Positions 8,535-17,034 are shown, counted from the first letter of the stretch. The stretch is DNA of 19,152 nucleotides from Coleofasciculus chthonoplastes F2-STO-03 (GCA_040222015.1 JAVJWO010000203.1:1-19152), one strand, 5' to 3'. Program-made: numbers and translations. Notes: generated by a model not told the origin, from the letters alone.

Positions 8535-8664
8535 TAAGTAGGTTGGGACAATTAAAGTTAAAGGTGGGGGTTGTCATTCGTCATTTGTCATTTGTCATTT
8601 GTAAGGGTTTGAGGCTTGTTAACATAACTTCATAAGATTGAGTTGATTTCCACCAACCTACTTA
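8535..8664. mobile_element. 130-bp MITE with TAAGTAGGTTGG terminal inverted repeats
   Basis: Perfect 12-bp TIR at 8535-8546/8653-8664, bounded by TA; internal (TCATTTG)n heptamers at ~8571-8602. Confidence 0.75.
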
Positions 8665-8766
8665 GCAAAAACTGGAATCCCTTAAACATAAAGGTTTTAA
8701 AGGCAATTATTCCAGATTCTTAGAGCATTGTTCATGGTTGATGGTTCATGGTTGATTGGTAATCCT

Positions 8767-8865
8767 CTCCCCCATCTCCCCCATCTCCCCCAGCTTCCCC
8801 ATCTCCCCCATCTCCCCCATCTCCCCCAGCTTCCCCAGCTTCCCCAGCTTCCCCAGCTTCCCCTG
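8767..8865. repeat. 9-bp tandem repeat x11 (CTCCCCCAT/CTTCCCCAG), STRR-like
   Basis: Direct reading; preceded by TT(C/G)ATGG heptamers at 8731-8760. Confidence 0.92.
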
Positions 8866-8995
8866 CTCCCTGTTCCCCCTTCCCTCTCCTCACCCCCAAC
8901 ACTTAATTTAGCGTTTGACTAGAAACAGGTTAAGATTTGTATACAGGCGTTCTTTCCATTTACGCCGCCGCATCAGCCGTCAACCTTGTTTCCCA

Positions 8996-9991
8996 ATGAC
9001 CCTTATCCGCGTTCCCCAATCCTGGGAAATTCCCGAAAACCAAATCACGCCTGAAGCCGTTTACTTCAATCGGCGTCGCTTTCTCAAAACCCTAGTCGGT
9101 GCGAGTATTCTCCCCATCCTGGGATGTCAAGCCTCCTCTGACTCGGAAACCAATAAGGAACTAGCCGCTACCCTCAATCAACAGACGGTTAAATCCCTTA
9201 ACACCAATCCCGCATTTGCGAATGTTGACCGTTCCATCACCAATGAGTTATTGGCGGGACAATATAATAACTTCTATGAATTTGGCAGTGGCAAATCGAT
9301 ATGGCAAGCCGCGCAAGCCTTACCGACAGACGAGTGGAAGGTTGAAGTCACCGGATTGGTGAAAAATCCCCGCACCTACGATTTAGACGATTTACGCAAA
9401 AAATTCCCCCTAGAAGAACGTATCTATCGCTTCCGTTGTGTCGAAGCCTGGTCGATGGTATTGCCATGGCTAGGATTTCCGATGCGATTATTAATGGAAG
9501 AGGTAGAACCCACATCTAAAGCCAAATTTGTCCGGTTTACGTCTTTCGATGATCCTCAAATTAGAATCAGTCCAGCGTGGTCATTCAGTGGTAAACTACC
9601 GTGGCCCTACACCGAAGGATTAACGGTAGAGGAAATGGCGAATGACTTGGCATTTTTTGCCGTGGGGATTTACGGTCATTTTCTGCCGAAACAGCATGGG
9701 GCACCGATTCGAGAGGTTGTGCCGTGGAAATATGGGTTTAAGGGGGCTAAGTCTATTGTCAAGATTGAATTTGTTGAGACTCAACCCGCGACATTTTGGA
9801 ATAAGTTAATTCCTTACGAGTACAAGTTTGAGGCAAATGTAAATCCGGATGTACCCCACCCACGTTGGTCTCAAGCGACGGAAAAGTTTGTTGGTAAGGG
9901 ACCAGATTTTTCCTGGGAAAGACGGGAAACGCTTCCCTATAACGGGTATGGGGAATATGTGGCACAGTTGTATCCCAGACTCCGCACTTAA
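8996..9991 (+). CDS. msrP: Protein-methionine-sulfoxide reductase catalytic subunit (molybdoenzyme)
   Basis: 331 aa from ATG 8996; ITPEAVYFNRRRFLK Tat motif, YNNFYEFG, EERIYRFRCVEAWSM, WPYTEGL, PWKYGFKGAKSI, HPRWSQA. Confidence 0.95.
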   Translation: MTLIRVPQSWEIPENQITPEAVYFNRRRFLKTLVGASILPILGCQASSDSETNKELAATLNQQTVKSLNTNPAFANVDRSITNELLAGQYNNFYEFGSGKSIWQAAQALPTDEWKVEVTGLVKNPRTYDLDDLRKKFPLEERIYRFRCVEAWSMVLPWLGFPMRLLMEEVEPTSKAKFVRFTSFDDPQIRISPAWSFSGKLPWPYTEGLTVEEMANDLAFFAVGIYGHFLPKQHGAPIREVVPWKYGFKGAKSIVKIEFVETQPATFWNKLIPYEYKFEANVNPDVPHPRWSQATEKFVGKGPDFSWERRETLPYNGYGEYVAQLYPRLRT

Positions 9992-10040
9992 AAGTAAAGT
10001 TGGACAGCAATAGTGTAGAGACATATCTTGGCACGTTTAT

Positions 10041-10112
10041 CAATTGTAGGGGCGGGTTTAGGGACTAAAATGTGCTTACCCCGCCGATAACTGTTCAACA
10101 AAACCCGCCCTT
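10041..10112. repeat. REPIN-like element (single intact copy)
   Basis: CAATTGTAGGGGCGGGTTTAGGGACTAA...GCCGATAA...AACAAAACCCGCCCTT. Confidence 0.85.
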
Positions 10113-10150
10113 AATCGTTATGGGCTAAACCCTTTATCGAACAAACCATT

Positions 10151-10768
10151 ATGTCTTTTGGTGACTATAGAAAATACTCAGCCGCTGAATTAAAAGCTAT
10201 CTTTAATATCACGCTATTGAAAGACGCTAATTTATTTAGCAACTTTAACCCCACAGATCAGTCTTATCCTGATTTGCAGGTAGCCGTGAAAAAGATGAAG
10301 TCTCGCATTAGCCTGTCCAAATCGGATAATGAAGCAACCCGAGGCAGTCTCTTAGTATCTCACATTTTGTGGGAAGCTAGCGACACTTATAATCTCGGTA
10401 TCTTTTTTGAACCACCCGTTGATATTAATCCAGAGGAAACACCGGGTTTACCTCACCCTTTAAATGGTAAATACGATTGCGCTTTAAGCCTTGATGAGAT
10501 TGATTTTATATCGCCGATTATTTCAGTGGTTGAAGTCAAAAAAAGTAGTCTATCTGATGGTTTAGGGCAATGTGTCGCGGAAATGTATGCGACGCTAAAT
10601 AAGTTCCAGCAAAATCAAGTCTACGGCATTATCACAGATGGGGAAGTCTGGTCGTTTTTATTGCTAGAAAACCTGACACTTTCGGTTGATGAAAATAATT
10701 ATTACATTAGCAATGTTGTCGATATTGTTGACCGGATTGGTTATATCGCCGAAACGTTTAAGGAATAA
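10151..10768 (+). CDS. Hypothetical protein with PD-(D/E)XK-like nuclease fold (HsdR-N-like)
   Basis: 205 aa; FFEP..LNGKYDCAL..VVEVKK..GLGQCVAEM..VYGIITDGEVWSF resembles type I restriction enzyme HsdR N-terminal-like proteins common in cyanobacteria. Confidence 0.65.
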   Translation: MSFGDYRKYSAAELKAIFNITLLKDANLFSNFNPTDQSYPDLQVAVKKMKSRISLSKSDNEATRGSLLVSHILWEASDTYNLGIFFEPPVDINPEETPGLPHPLNGKYDCALSLDEIDFISPIISVVEVKKSSLSDGLGQCVAEMYATLNKFQQNQVYGIITDGEVWSFLLLENLTLSVDENNYYISNVVDIVDRIGYIAETFKE

Positions 10769-10799
10769 GCATTCCCTCGAATCAAGTCAATCAAGTGGA

Positions 10800-10971
10800 C
10801 AATTGTAGGTGCGGGTTTAGGGAGAATGTCACTGACTTAAGCTGGGTTCGTAGTAGGCACTTTAGTGCCAGAAGCGCTAAAGCGCTTACTACAAACTCTA
10901 AAGTCAGTGGCATTCGGTTTAGGGACTAACGCTAATTAAAAGCCGATAAATGAATAACAAAACCCGCCCTT
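10800..10971. repeat. REPIN-like element interrupted by a MITE
   Basis: Removing 10824-10925 regenerates a close homologue of the 10041 copy. Confidence 0.85.
10824..10915. mobile_element. 92-bp MITE with IS4-like terminal inverted repeats and a 10-bp target-site duplication
   Basis: TIR GAATGTCACTGACTTAAG (10824-10841) versus CTAAAGTCAGTGGCATTC (10898-10915), 16/18 complementary; GGTTTAGGGA duplicated at 10814-10823 and 10916-10925. Confidence 0.88.
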
Positions 10972-10982
10972 GCTATAAGAGC

Positions 10983-12338
10983 CTAAAGAAAAATCCCACG
11001 TAAACTGATAAAGATAATTGCCCCTAAACTAGCGGCTGCGGGTAGCGTAATCAACCAAGCCAGAGCAATCGATCTAAGGGTTTGAAAGCGAACTGTGCGC
11101 CAATTCTGAATCAATCCAATACCCACAATACCCCCCACTAAAGCGTGAGACGTTGAAACCGGGAAGCCGAAGCGGGAGGCGAGTAAAACAGTTGTAGCTG
11201 TGGCAATTTCGGCACAGAATCCACTACTGGGTTGTAAAGGGATAATATTTTCCCCAACGGTAGTAATCACCTTTTTGCCCCAAACAGCTAACCCTGCAAC
11301 GATACCAGTACCACCAATGATGAGAATCCATAACGGAATATCAAAGGCGGTGAGGGGAACCGTACCCGTTGCAATGATATACGCGATCGCAGCTAAGGGA
11401 GCGATCGCATTCCCGACATCGTTGGAACCGTGAGCAAACGCCACAAAGCAAGCACTGAGAACTTGAAACCGCGCCAGTTGTTGCTCAATCGCTGAAGGAA
11501 AGGGAGACACAGCATTAGGGGGTGGGGCAAGATTCGCTTCAATTTCCGCTTCTCCAGTTTCCCGGATGCGAATATCCTTGTCTGGAGATTCTTCAGGATT
11601 AATAGGTAGAATTAAGGTGCTACGTTCCAACTGACGCCAACTAATCAAACTCAGGACAATAGCTGCAACCGAAACCGTAATAATTGGTAAATCATGGGTA
11701 GGAATTGGCAAGGCATAAAATAGAGGACGATTAAATAAACTTGGCATGACAATCGCGCCAAAAATACTCAAAAGAATAGCACTTAGCCAAGGAATCCATT
11801 CCCGTAACTGGGCAATCGGATTCCTTTGCCTTAAAATTGAGGTATTGATAATACTGTAAAATCCGGCGGCTAAACTACCACTAACAACAGGTGTAATAAT
11901 CCAAGTTAACGAAATACGCCCCAAAGTTCCCCAATCTACCGCCTGCACCCCAATCGCCACCCAACAAAATCCGGCGATCGCGCCAACCACCGCATGGGAT
12001 GATGCCACAGGTAATCCAAAACTGGTAGCAATTTGTAACCATAAACCACAAGCGAGTAACACCGAAGTCATCCCCAGTAGTAACACCTGTGGCGTTTGAG
12101 CAAATAACGTTGGATCAATCACTCGCGTGGCTAACGTTGTCGCCACCCCTTGACCAAATAAAACCGCGCCCGTAAACTCCAAAATACCTGCAATAATTAG
12201 CGCTTGCCGTAGCGTAACCGCTTTTGAACCAACTGACGTTCCCATGGAATTAGCAACATCATTGGCACCTAGATTACAGGCTACATAGAAGGCAAGAATG
12301 GCAGTTAAACTGAGTTGAATTAGAGCTATCGAAATCAC
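10983..12338 (-). CDS. Inorganic phosphate transporter, PiT family
   Basis: 451 aa, GTG start; GANDVANSMGT and HGSNDVGNAI signature repeats, PVASSH/PVSTSH, multiple TM helices. Confidence 0.95.
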   Translation of the reverse strand: MISIALIQLSLTAILAFYVACNLGANDVANSMGTSVGSKAVTLRQALIIAGILEFTGAVLFGQGVATTLATRVIDPTLFAQTPQVLLLGMTSVLLACGLWLQIATSFGLPVASSHAVVGAIAGFCWVAIGVQAVDWGTLGRISLTWIITPVVSGSLAAGFYSIINTSILRQRNPIAQLREWIPWLSAILLSIFGAIVMPSLFNRPLFYALPIPTHDLPIITVSVAAIVLSLISWRQLERSTLILPINPEESPDKDIRIRETGEAEIEANLAPPPNAVSPFPSAIEQQLARFQVLSACFVAFAHGSNDVGNAIAPLAAIAYIIATGTVPLTAFDIPLWILIIGGTGIVAGLAVWGKKVITTVGENIIPLQPSSGFCAEIATATTVLLASRFGFPVSTSHALVGGIVGIGLIQNWRTVRFQTLRSIALAWLITLPAAASLGAIIFISLRGIFL

Positions 12339-12341
12339 TCG

Positions 12342-12872
12342 TTATCCCTTATTAGTGATAGTATCCTCCACGGCTTGCCGATGGTAGTTATAGGATGGCT
12401 GGGAAAAACAAACAAAAATCACTTGATCGATGGTTGTATTTCCTTCCAAAACCTGCTTAACTGTACCTACAGCTATTCTGGCAGCCCGTTCTAGCCCAAA
12501 CCCATAAGCGCCCGTACTAATTGCTGGAAAGGCAATACTACGAATATTATTTTGCTCGGCTAATTCCAAACTCCGATAATAACAACTGGCTAACAAAGCA
12601 TCCTCGCCATGATTACCATCCCGCCAGACAGGTCCGACGGTATGAATCACCCAATCAGCCGGAAGATTGTAACCCTGGGTAATTTTAGCATCACCCGTTT
12701 CACAGCCATTCAAACCTCGACATTCTGCCAACAAACCGGGTCCAGCCGCCCGATGAATCGCCCCATCCACACCGCTGCCACCTAGCAGAGAGGTGTTTGC
12801 GGCATTGACAATCGAATCAACGCTTAACTGAGTGATATCCCCTTCAACGACATTTATTTTACCTGTTATCAT
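12342..12872 (-). CDS. Macrodomain protein, O-acetyl-ADP-ribose deacetylase (YmdB/MacroD-type)
   Basis: 176 aa from ATG 12872, with AGGAGG SD at 12882-12887; [37 protein letters not shown]. Confidence 0.94.
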   Translation of the reverse strand: MITGKINVVEGDITQLSVDSIVNAANTSLLGGSGVDGAIHRAAGPGLLAECRGLNGCETGDAKITQGYNLPADWVIHTVGPVWRDGNHGEDALLASCYYRSLELAEQNNIRSIAFPAISTGAYGFGLERAARIAVGTVKQVLEGNTTIDQVIFVCFSQPSYNYHRQAVEDTITNKG

Positions 12873-13148
12873 GACTATTATCCTCCTGAGAAATAATACT
12901 GTTTTGTTGGATTCATCACAGATCACCGATAGGTAAGCTCAGCAGTAGGGGGAATAGTTTTGGTGGTGTTGTAATAGGCGAGATCGCGTCTGAGTTAGGC
13001 TCGGTATAAAACCAAGACTCAGTAGACTCAGCCGATAAATGATACCATTAGCTACCCAACCTTCCCATAGATGTTCCTCTGAAACCGTCTACCTTATGGC
13101 TTATTTCTGGGAGAATTCTTCAAGATTGAACTGACCCTCTAGCACAGT

Positions 13149-13466
13149 ATGTTACCCACACCCTTACCATCTCAACCAAGAATAGCTAAGCGCTGGCACA
13201 CATTCACGAAAATATTACAACGCCTGCATCGAGAAGGTATATACATTCATTCTGAACAATTAGCCGAATTTATGGTGGCACATGGATTGCCCGTTGATTT
13301 GTGCTATGTCCCTGAACATTTGCACTCTAAAGCCATTCAAATCAATCAAAACTATCAGGGTGATATGGTGTCCCTAACTGAACAATCCGAACCCGATTGG
13401 GATTATTCCTGGATGAACGAAGTCCAAACGCCCATCATCAAAAACAATCCCTGCTATAAAATTTAA
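13149..13466 (+). CDS. Hypothetical protein
   Basis: 105-aa ATG ORF filling an intergenic gap with protein-like composition; no recognised motif. Confidence 0.7.
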   Translation: MLPTPLPSQPRIAKRWHTFTKILQRLHREGIYIHSEQLAEFMVAHGLPVDLCYVPEHLHSKAIQINQNYQGDMVSLTEQSEPDWDYSWMNEVQTPIIKNNPCYKI

Positions 13467-13543
13467 GGTAAAAATAAGGATGGCTCCTCTCATTTCCAGT
13501 TGTTTCCAAATTCTCTAAACGTTTCATCCAAGTCCACTCAATT

Positions 13544-13591
13544 CCTCTGCGTACCTCTGCGCTATCCTCTGCGTACTCTGCGTTAAAAAAA
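13544..13591. repeat. Short (C)CTCTGCG repeat x4 followed by an A-tract, between convergent genes
   Basis: CCTCTGCGTACCTCTGCGCTATCCTCTGCGTACTCTGCGTTAAAAAAA. Confidence 0.75.
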
Positions 13592-13636
13592 CATAATTCA
13601 TACGACTCGACTTGATCTGACCGGGTAACCCTCAAT

Positions 13637-15688
13637 TCACTTTCGCTTAACTCTTGACCCCTTACGACTACCTTTTCCCTTCCCTTTAGATTGCTTTGAT
13701 TCTGATGTTGGCGCAATCATTGGCACCGTAAAGTGAAACTGAGAACCCTGGTCTTTACCCGCCGAGTCTGCCCAAATTTTACCGCCCCACCCATTGACAA
13801 TTTGGCGACAAATTGCTAACCCCAAGCCTGTGCCGCCTGTAGTCCGTCGCAGCGCCCCTTCTTCTTGATAAAAGCGATCAAAGACATCCTCTAGGCGATT
13901 CGGTTCAATCCCTCGCCCTGTATCAGCGACAGTCACTTTTAACATCGAATTCCCATTAGTTTGAATCCCAATGGTGATTTCTCCTTGAGAGGAGGTAAAT
14001 TTGCAGGCGTTGTCTAACAATTTGGCAAGAGTTTCTACCAGCCACTCACCATCGGCTTGGACTAAGGGCAGATCTGTGGGAACTTGAGTAATAATATTGG
14101 GTCGCCGATCCTCTGACCAATGGACGTTGATCCGGCTCAGGGCTAAGTCAACACATTCTTGCAGAGAAATGGCTTCGACATTCCATTCCACGCGCCCACT
14201 TTCCAGGCGGGAGAGGGTGAGAAAGTCTTGCACCAGTTTCCGCAGGCGTTCGGCGTCGTCAAGGGCAGTATTCAGCATCACCTGACGCAATTCTAGTGAC
14301 ATATCCGGTTCGCTGGCGAGACTTTCTAGGCAAACCTGAATTGTGGACAGGGGGGTGCGGAGTTCATGACCCGTGATAGCTACTAAGTTACTACGAGTCC
14401 GGTCAAGGGCGGCGAGTTGTTGGTTCAAATCTTGCAAATTCGCATAAGCTTCAGCTTGGATTAAGGCGACACCCACTTGAGTTGCGATCGCTTCGACAAG
14501 GGCGAGTTCTTCATCCTTCCACCGATAAGGAGTTTCGCCGCAGTGGTGTAACTCAACCATACCCAATAACCGACCCTGATATAGTACAGGAACCATGAGC
14601 CACGATCGCATGCCAAAGGTTTGCACCAATTCCTTTAATTTAGAAGATGGGGAATTGGCGCTTTGGCTGGCTGTCTGGTTCAGCCGAGGATCATCTTGGG
14701 TATCTTCTACGGAAATAGACTCTTGATGTTCGACAATTCCTTGAAACAGAGTATTGTCTTTTAGGGGCCAAGGGCTACCTAGGGTGGAGCAAAGGATCGT
14801 GCGATCGCGCCCTCGGGTTTCTAGGTACTCATGGGTAATCGTGGCTTCCGTATCCGTGGCTTTACAGCGGTAAATCAGACAACGACAGGAACCCATGGCT
14901 CGCCCTAACTCTTGCACCGCGATTTCCATAACTTCATGGGGATTGAGCGATCGCCGAATCGCTGTGGTAATCGAATTCACCAAACGCTCGCGTTGTTCTT
15001 GAGCCGCGATCGAGCTATAGGCTTTCAGGAGTTTATACTGACCCGCTTGTAAGTAAGTCACCAACCGATGCACAAATGGATCAGGATTGGGTGAGTCTTC
15101 CGGATTCAGATTTGAGCTTTGAGTTGAGCCAGAACTGATATACTCAGCTTTTGCCTGCTCGATTTTATCCGCTAACTCAGGTCGATAGGTGACAATGCGA
15201 TCCAGAAGCAGCTCGGCGGCTTTTGCACTAACCGTCCGGTCAAATGTCCAAATTCCCTCAAAACGCCGAGAGGTATCCATCTCCCCATTGGCTCTATTGG
15301 AGACAGACAGACGTTTTTCTCGGCAGATCAAACAGTTGGCATAGTGAGAGCCAATCACCACTAAATGCCACTCGTAACTTAAGGCATCGCCCGGATCAAA
15401 TGCCACGGTTTCGTGGTGGTCTGAGCTATTCTTGAAATCAGTTTCCGGTGCGGCTAATACATACACATGAGTTGTCCGTTGAGCAATACGCCGATAGCGA
15501 TGGGCTTCCTGACGATAGAAGCGTTCTCGCTGAAAACAGGCAATCACCAACGGCTGCTCCGAGCCAGCCAAGACCTGATCTTCCATTGCATGGGAGAGTG
15601 CGGTCAAAGACGCTTTGAAATATACTTGTTGCCGCAGTTGGGGCATGGCTTGGAGTAAGTGAGCCAGCACCGAAGTTTTGATGATCAT
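13637..15688 (-). CDS. DICT-domain / GAF sensor histidine kinase
   Basis: 683 aa; N-terminal FKASLTALSHAMED..FQRERFY..EWHLVV (DICT-like), GAF domain, H-box GHELRTPL, LLDNACKF, DTGRGI, GGTGLGL; no TM segments evident. Confidence 0.92.
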   Translation of the reverse strand: MIIKTSVLAHLLQAMPQLRQQVYFKASLTALSHAMEDQVLAGSEQPLVIACFQRERFYRQEAHRYRRIAQRTTHVYVLAAPETDFKNSSDHHETVAFDPGDALSYEWHLVVIGSHYANCLICREKRLSVSNRANGEMDTSRRFEGIWTFDRTVSAKAAELLLDRIVTYRPELADKIEQAKAEYISSGSTQSSNLNPEDSPNPDPFVHRLVTYLQAGQYKLLKAYSSIAAQEQRERLVNSITTAIRRSLNPHEVMEIAVQELGRAMGSCRCLIYRCKATDTEATITHEYLETRGRDRTILCSTLGSPWPLKDNTLFQGIVEHQESISVEDTQDDPRLNQTASQSANSPSSKLKELVQTFGMRSWLMVPVLYQGRLLGMVELHHCGETPYRWKDEELALVEAIATQVGVALIQAEAYANLQDLNQQLAALDRTRSNLVAITGHELRTPLSTIQVCLESLASEPDMSLELRQVMLNTALDDAERLRKLVQDFLTLSRLESGRVEWNVEAISLQECVDLALSRINVHWSEDRRPNIITQVPTDLPLVQADGEWLVETLAKLLDNACKFTSSQGEITIGIQTNGNSMLKVTVADTGRGIEPNRLEDVFDRFYQEEGALRRTTGGTGLGLAICRQIVNGWGGKIWADSAGKDQGSQFHFTVPMIAPTSESKQSKGKGKGSRKGSRVKRK

Positions 15689-15936
15689 TCAAATAAGCGA
15701 TAAGCAGTTTTTAGCTTGAGCTTGGCAACAAACCCTTGACAAATTCCCTTTTTTATGATTTTGATTGCCATAATCCCCAATTGATCGAGAGCAATCGGCA
15801 GGTATGGGGAATACCAAAGGGACGCGATTCGGCAAAGAACCGCTTTGGTGTCATCTAGAGTTGATAACTTGTCCTATCAACCTATGGTACAAAAAAGAAG
15901 GTAACTTCCACCTAGCGAACCCGATAAAATTTCTCT

Positions 15937-16170
15937 CTAGGCTCCGAGGAGATGTCCAGTTGAGCGAATGCCTGGAATCAGGGGTAGAGCAATTTGAAAC
16001 GTCGAACCCTGTCCCAGGGTGCTGGTAACGCTGATGTGTCCCCCATGAGCTTGAACAATCTGTTGCGCGATCGCTAATCCTAAGCCAAAGCCGCCGGAGG
16101 CTTTGGCACGCTTTGAATCAACGCGATAAAACCGTTCAAACAGATGATGTAGAGCCTCTACGGGAATTCG
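15937..16170 (-). pseudogene. C-terminal remnant of a histidine kinase HATPase_c domain
   Basis: Own translation: [63 protein letters not shown]..; in-frame stop at 16174-16176 upstream and no start codon. Confidence 0.88.
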
Positions 16171-16188
16171 GAATTATCAATGGTTTAA

Positions 16189-17034
16189 TCATTTTTTATT
16201 GAGTTTGTTTCCCACAGCACAAGTTCCCAATGTCAATAAACCCAATAGCATTGATGCTTCAGGAACAGAAATTTCAGATTGTTTAGACTCAATAAAATTA
16301 ATATATGCTTTTTGATTGTTATGATTAAACAAAGAATTATCTGAACTCTGGAACAGATTAAAACCGTAAGGGTCTCCAACCGCTAAGACTTGACCTCCAT
16401 CGGCAAAAGGCTGAAACTCCACCATCGACCTGATTGAACCATTTGTACCAATCAGCGTCCCCCCAGTGGGAGTAATATCGGTTACCATTGACTCAATATC
16501 AGTGGCTAATGATGTACCAAATGTTTGACCTCTGAGGTCGCCTAATGCGCCGACGGTAGTTGGAGAAACTATATTTTTAAACATGCCACCTGTAGGAGAA
16601 TTGACACCACCGACAACACCTGTATACCGTGAACCGAGCCCCAGTGATTCCAGTACCGAATTAGCCGAATTCTGTTCAGAAGGATTTGAATCAGATTCAA
16701 CAATCACAAAACCACCTGTTTTAACGAAATTTCTCAGCACAGTACTTTCAGTGGGTGTCAGAATTGTTGAGGATGTTCCGTGAAAGAATATATCAACGTC
16801 AGCAAGATTTGCCTCGGTTAGGGTTGATACTCCTGGAAGGATAGTATGTGAACGCTCCAGAATACTTGATCTAAATGCACCGTATAGCAATGCACCATTT
16901 CCGTCATTAAATAAGTCACCACCACGCTGATTAGCGCTGTTCCAACTTCTTAGGGTTAATGCGCCTGCTGAATTTCCTCCTAAAGCTTCTAGAAGAATAG
17001 ATATTGATAGAGTCATTATTAATAGTTTATTCAT
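16189..17034 (-). CDS. PEP-CTERM-type sorted surface protein
   Basis: 281 aa; signal peptide; C-terminal VPEAS + hydrophobic segment + KLNKK basic tail. Confidence 0.82.
   Translation of the reverse strand: MNKLLIMTLSISILLEALGGNSAGALTLRSWNSANQRGGDLFNDGNGALLYGAFRSSILERSHTILPGVSTLTEANLADVDIFFHGTSSTILTPTESTVLRNFVKTGGFVIVESDSNPSEQNSANSVLESLGLGSRYTGVVGGVNSPTGGMFKNIVSPTTVGALGDLRGQTFGTSLATDIESMVTDITPTGGTLIGTNGSIRSMVEFQPFADGGQVLAVGDPYGFNLFQSSDNSLFNHNNQKAYINFIESKQSEISVPEASMLLGLLTLGTCAVGNKLNKK

Noticed and set aside
8487..8537. Peptide MERKSLREQVECCCYV as a toxin or RiPP precursor
   Set aside because: No SD; the Cys codons come from the stem arm TGTTGTTGT; no modifying genes nearby.
8728..8922. 64-aa PHL/PQL repeat ORF
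   Set aside because: Product of a stop-free nonamer array; TTG start and no SD.
12900..13080. c-di-AMP, TPP or cobalamin riboswitch
   Set aside because: Conserved cores of these families not found on either strand.
15804..16028. 74-aa plus-strand ORF
   Set aside because: Partly antisense to the clear kinase remnant; no recognisable features.
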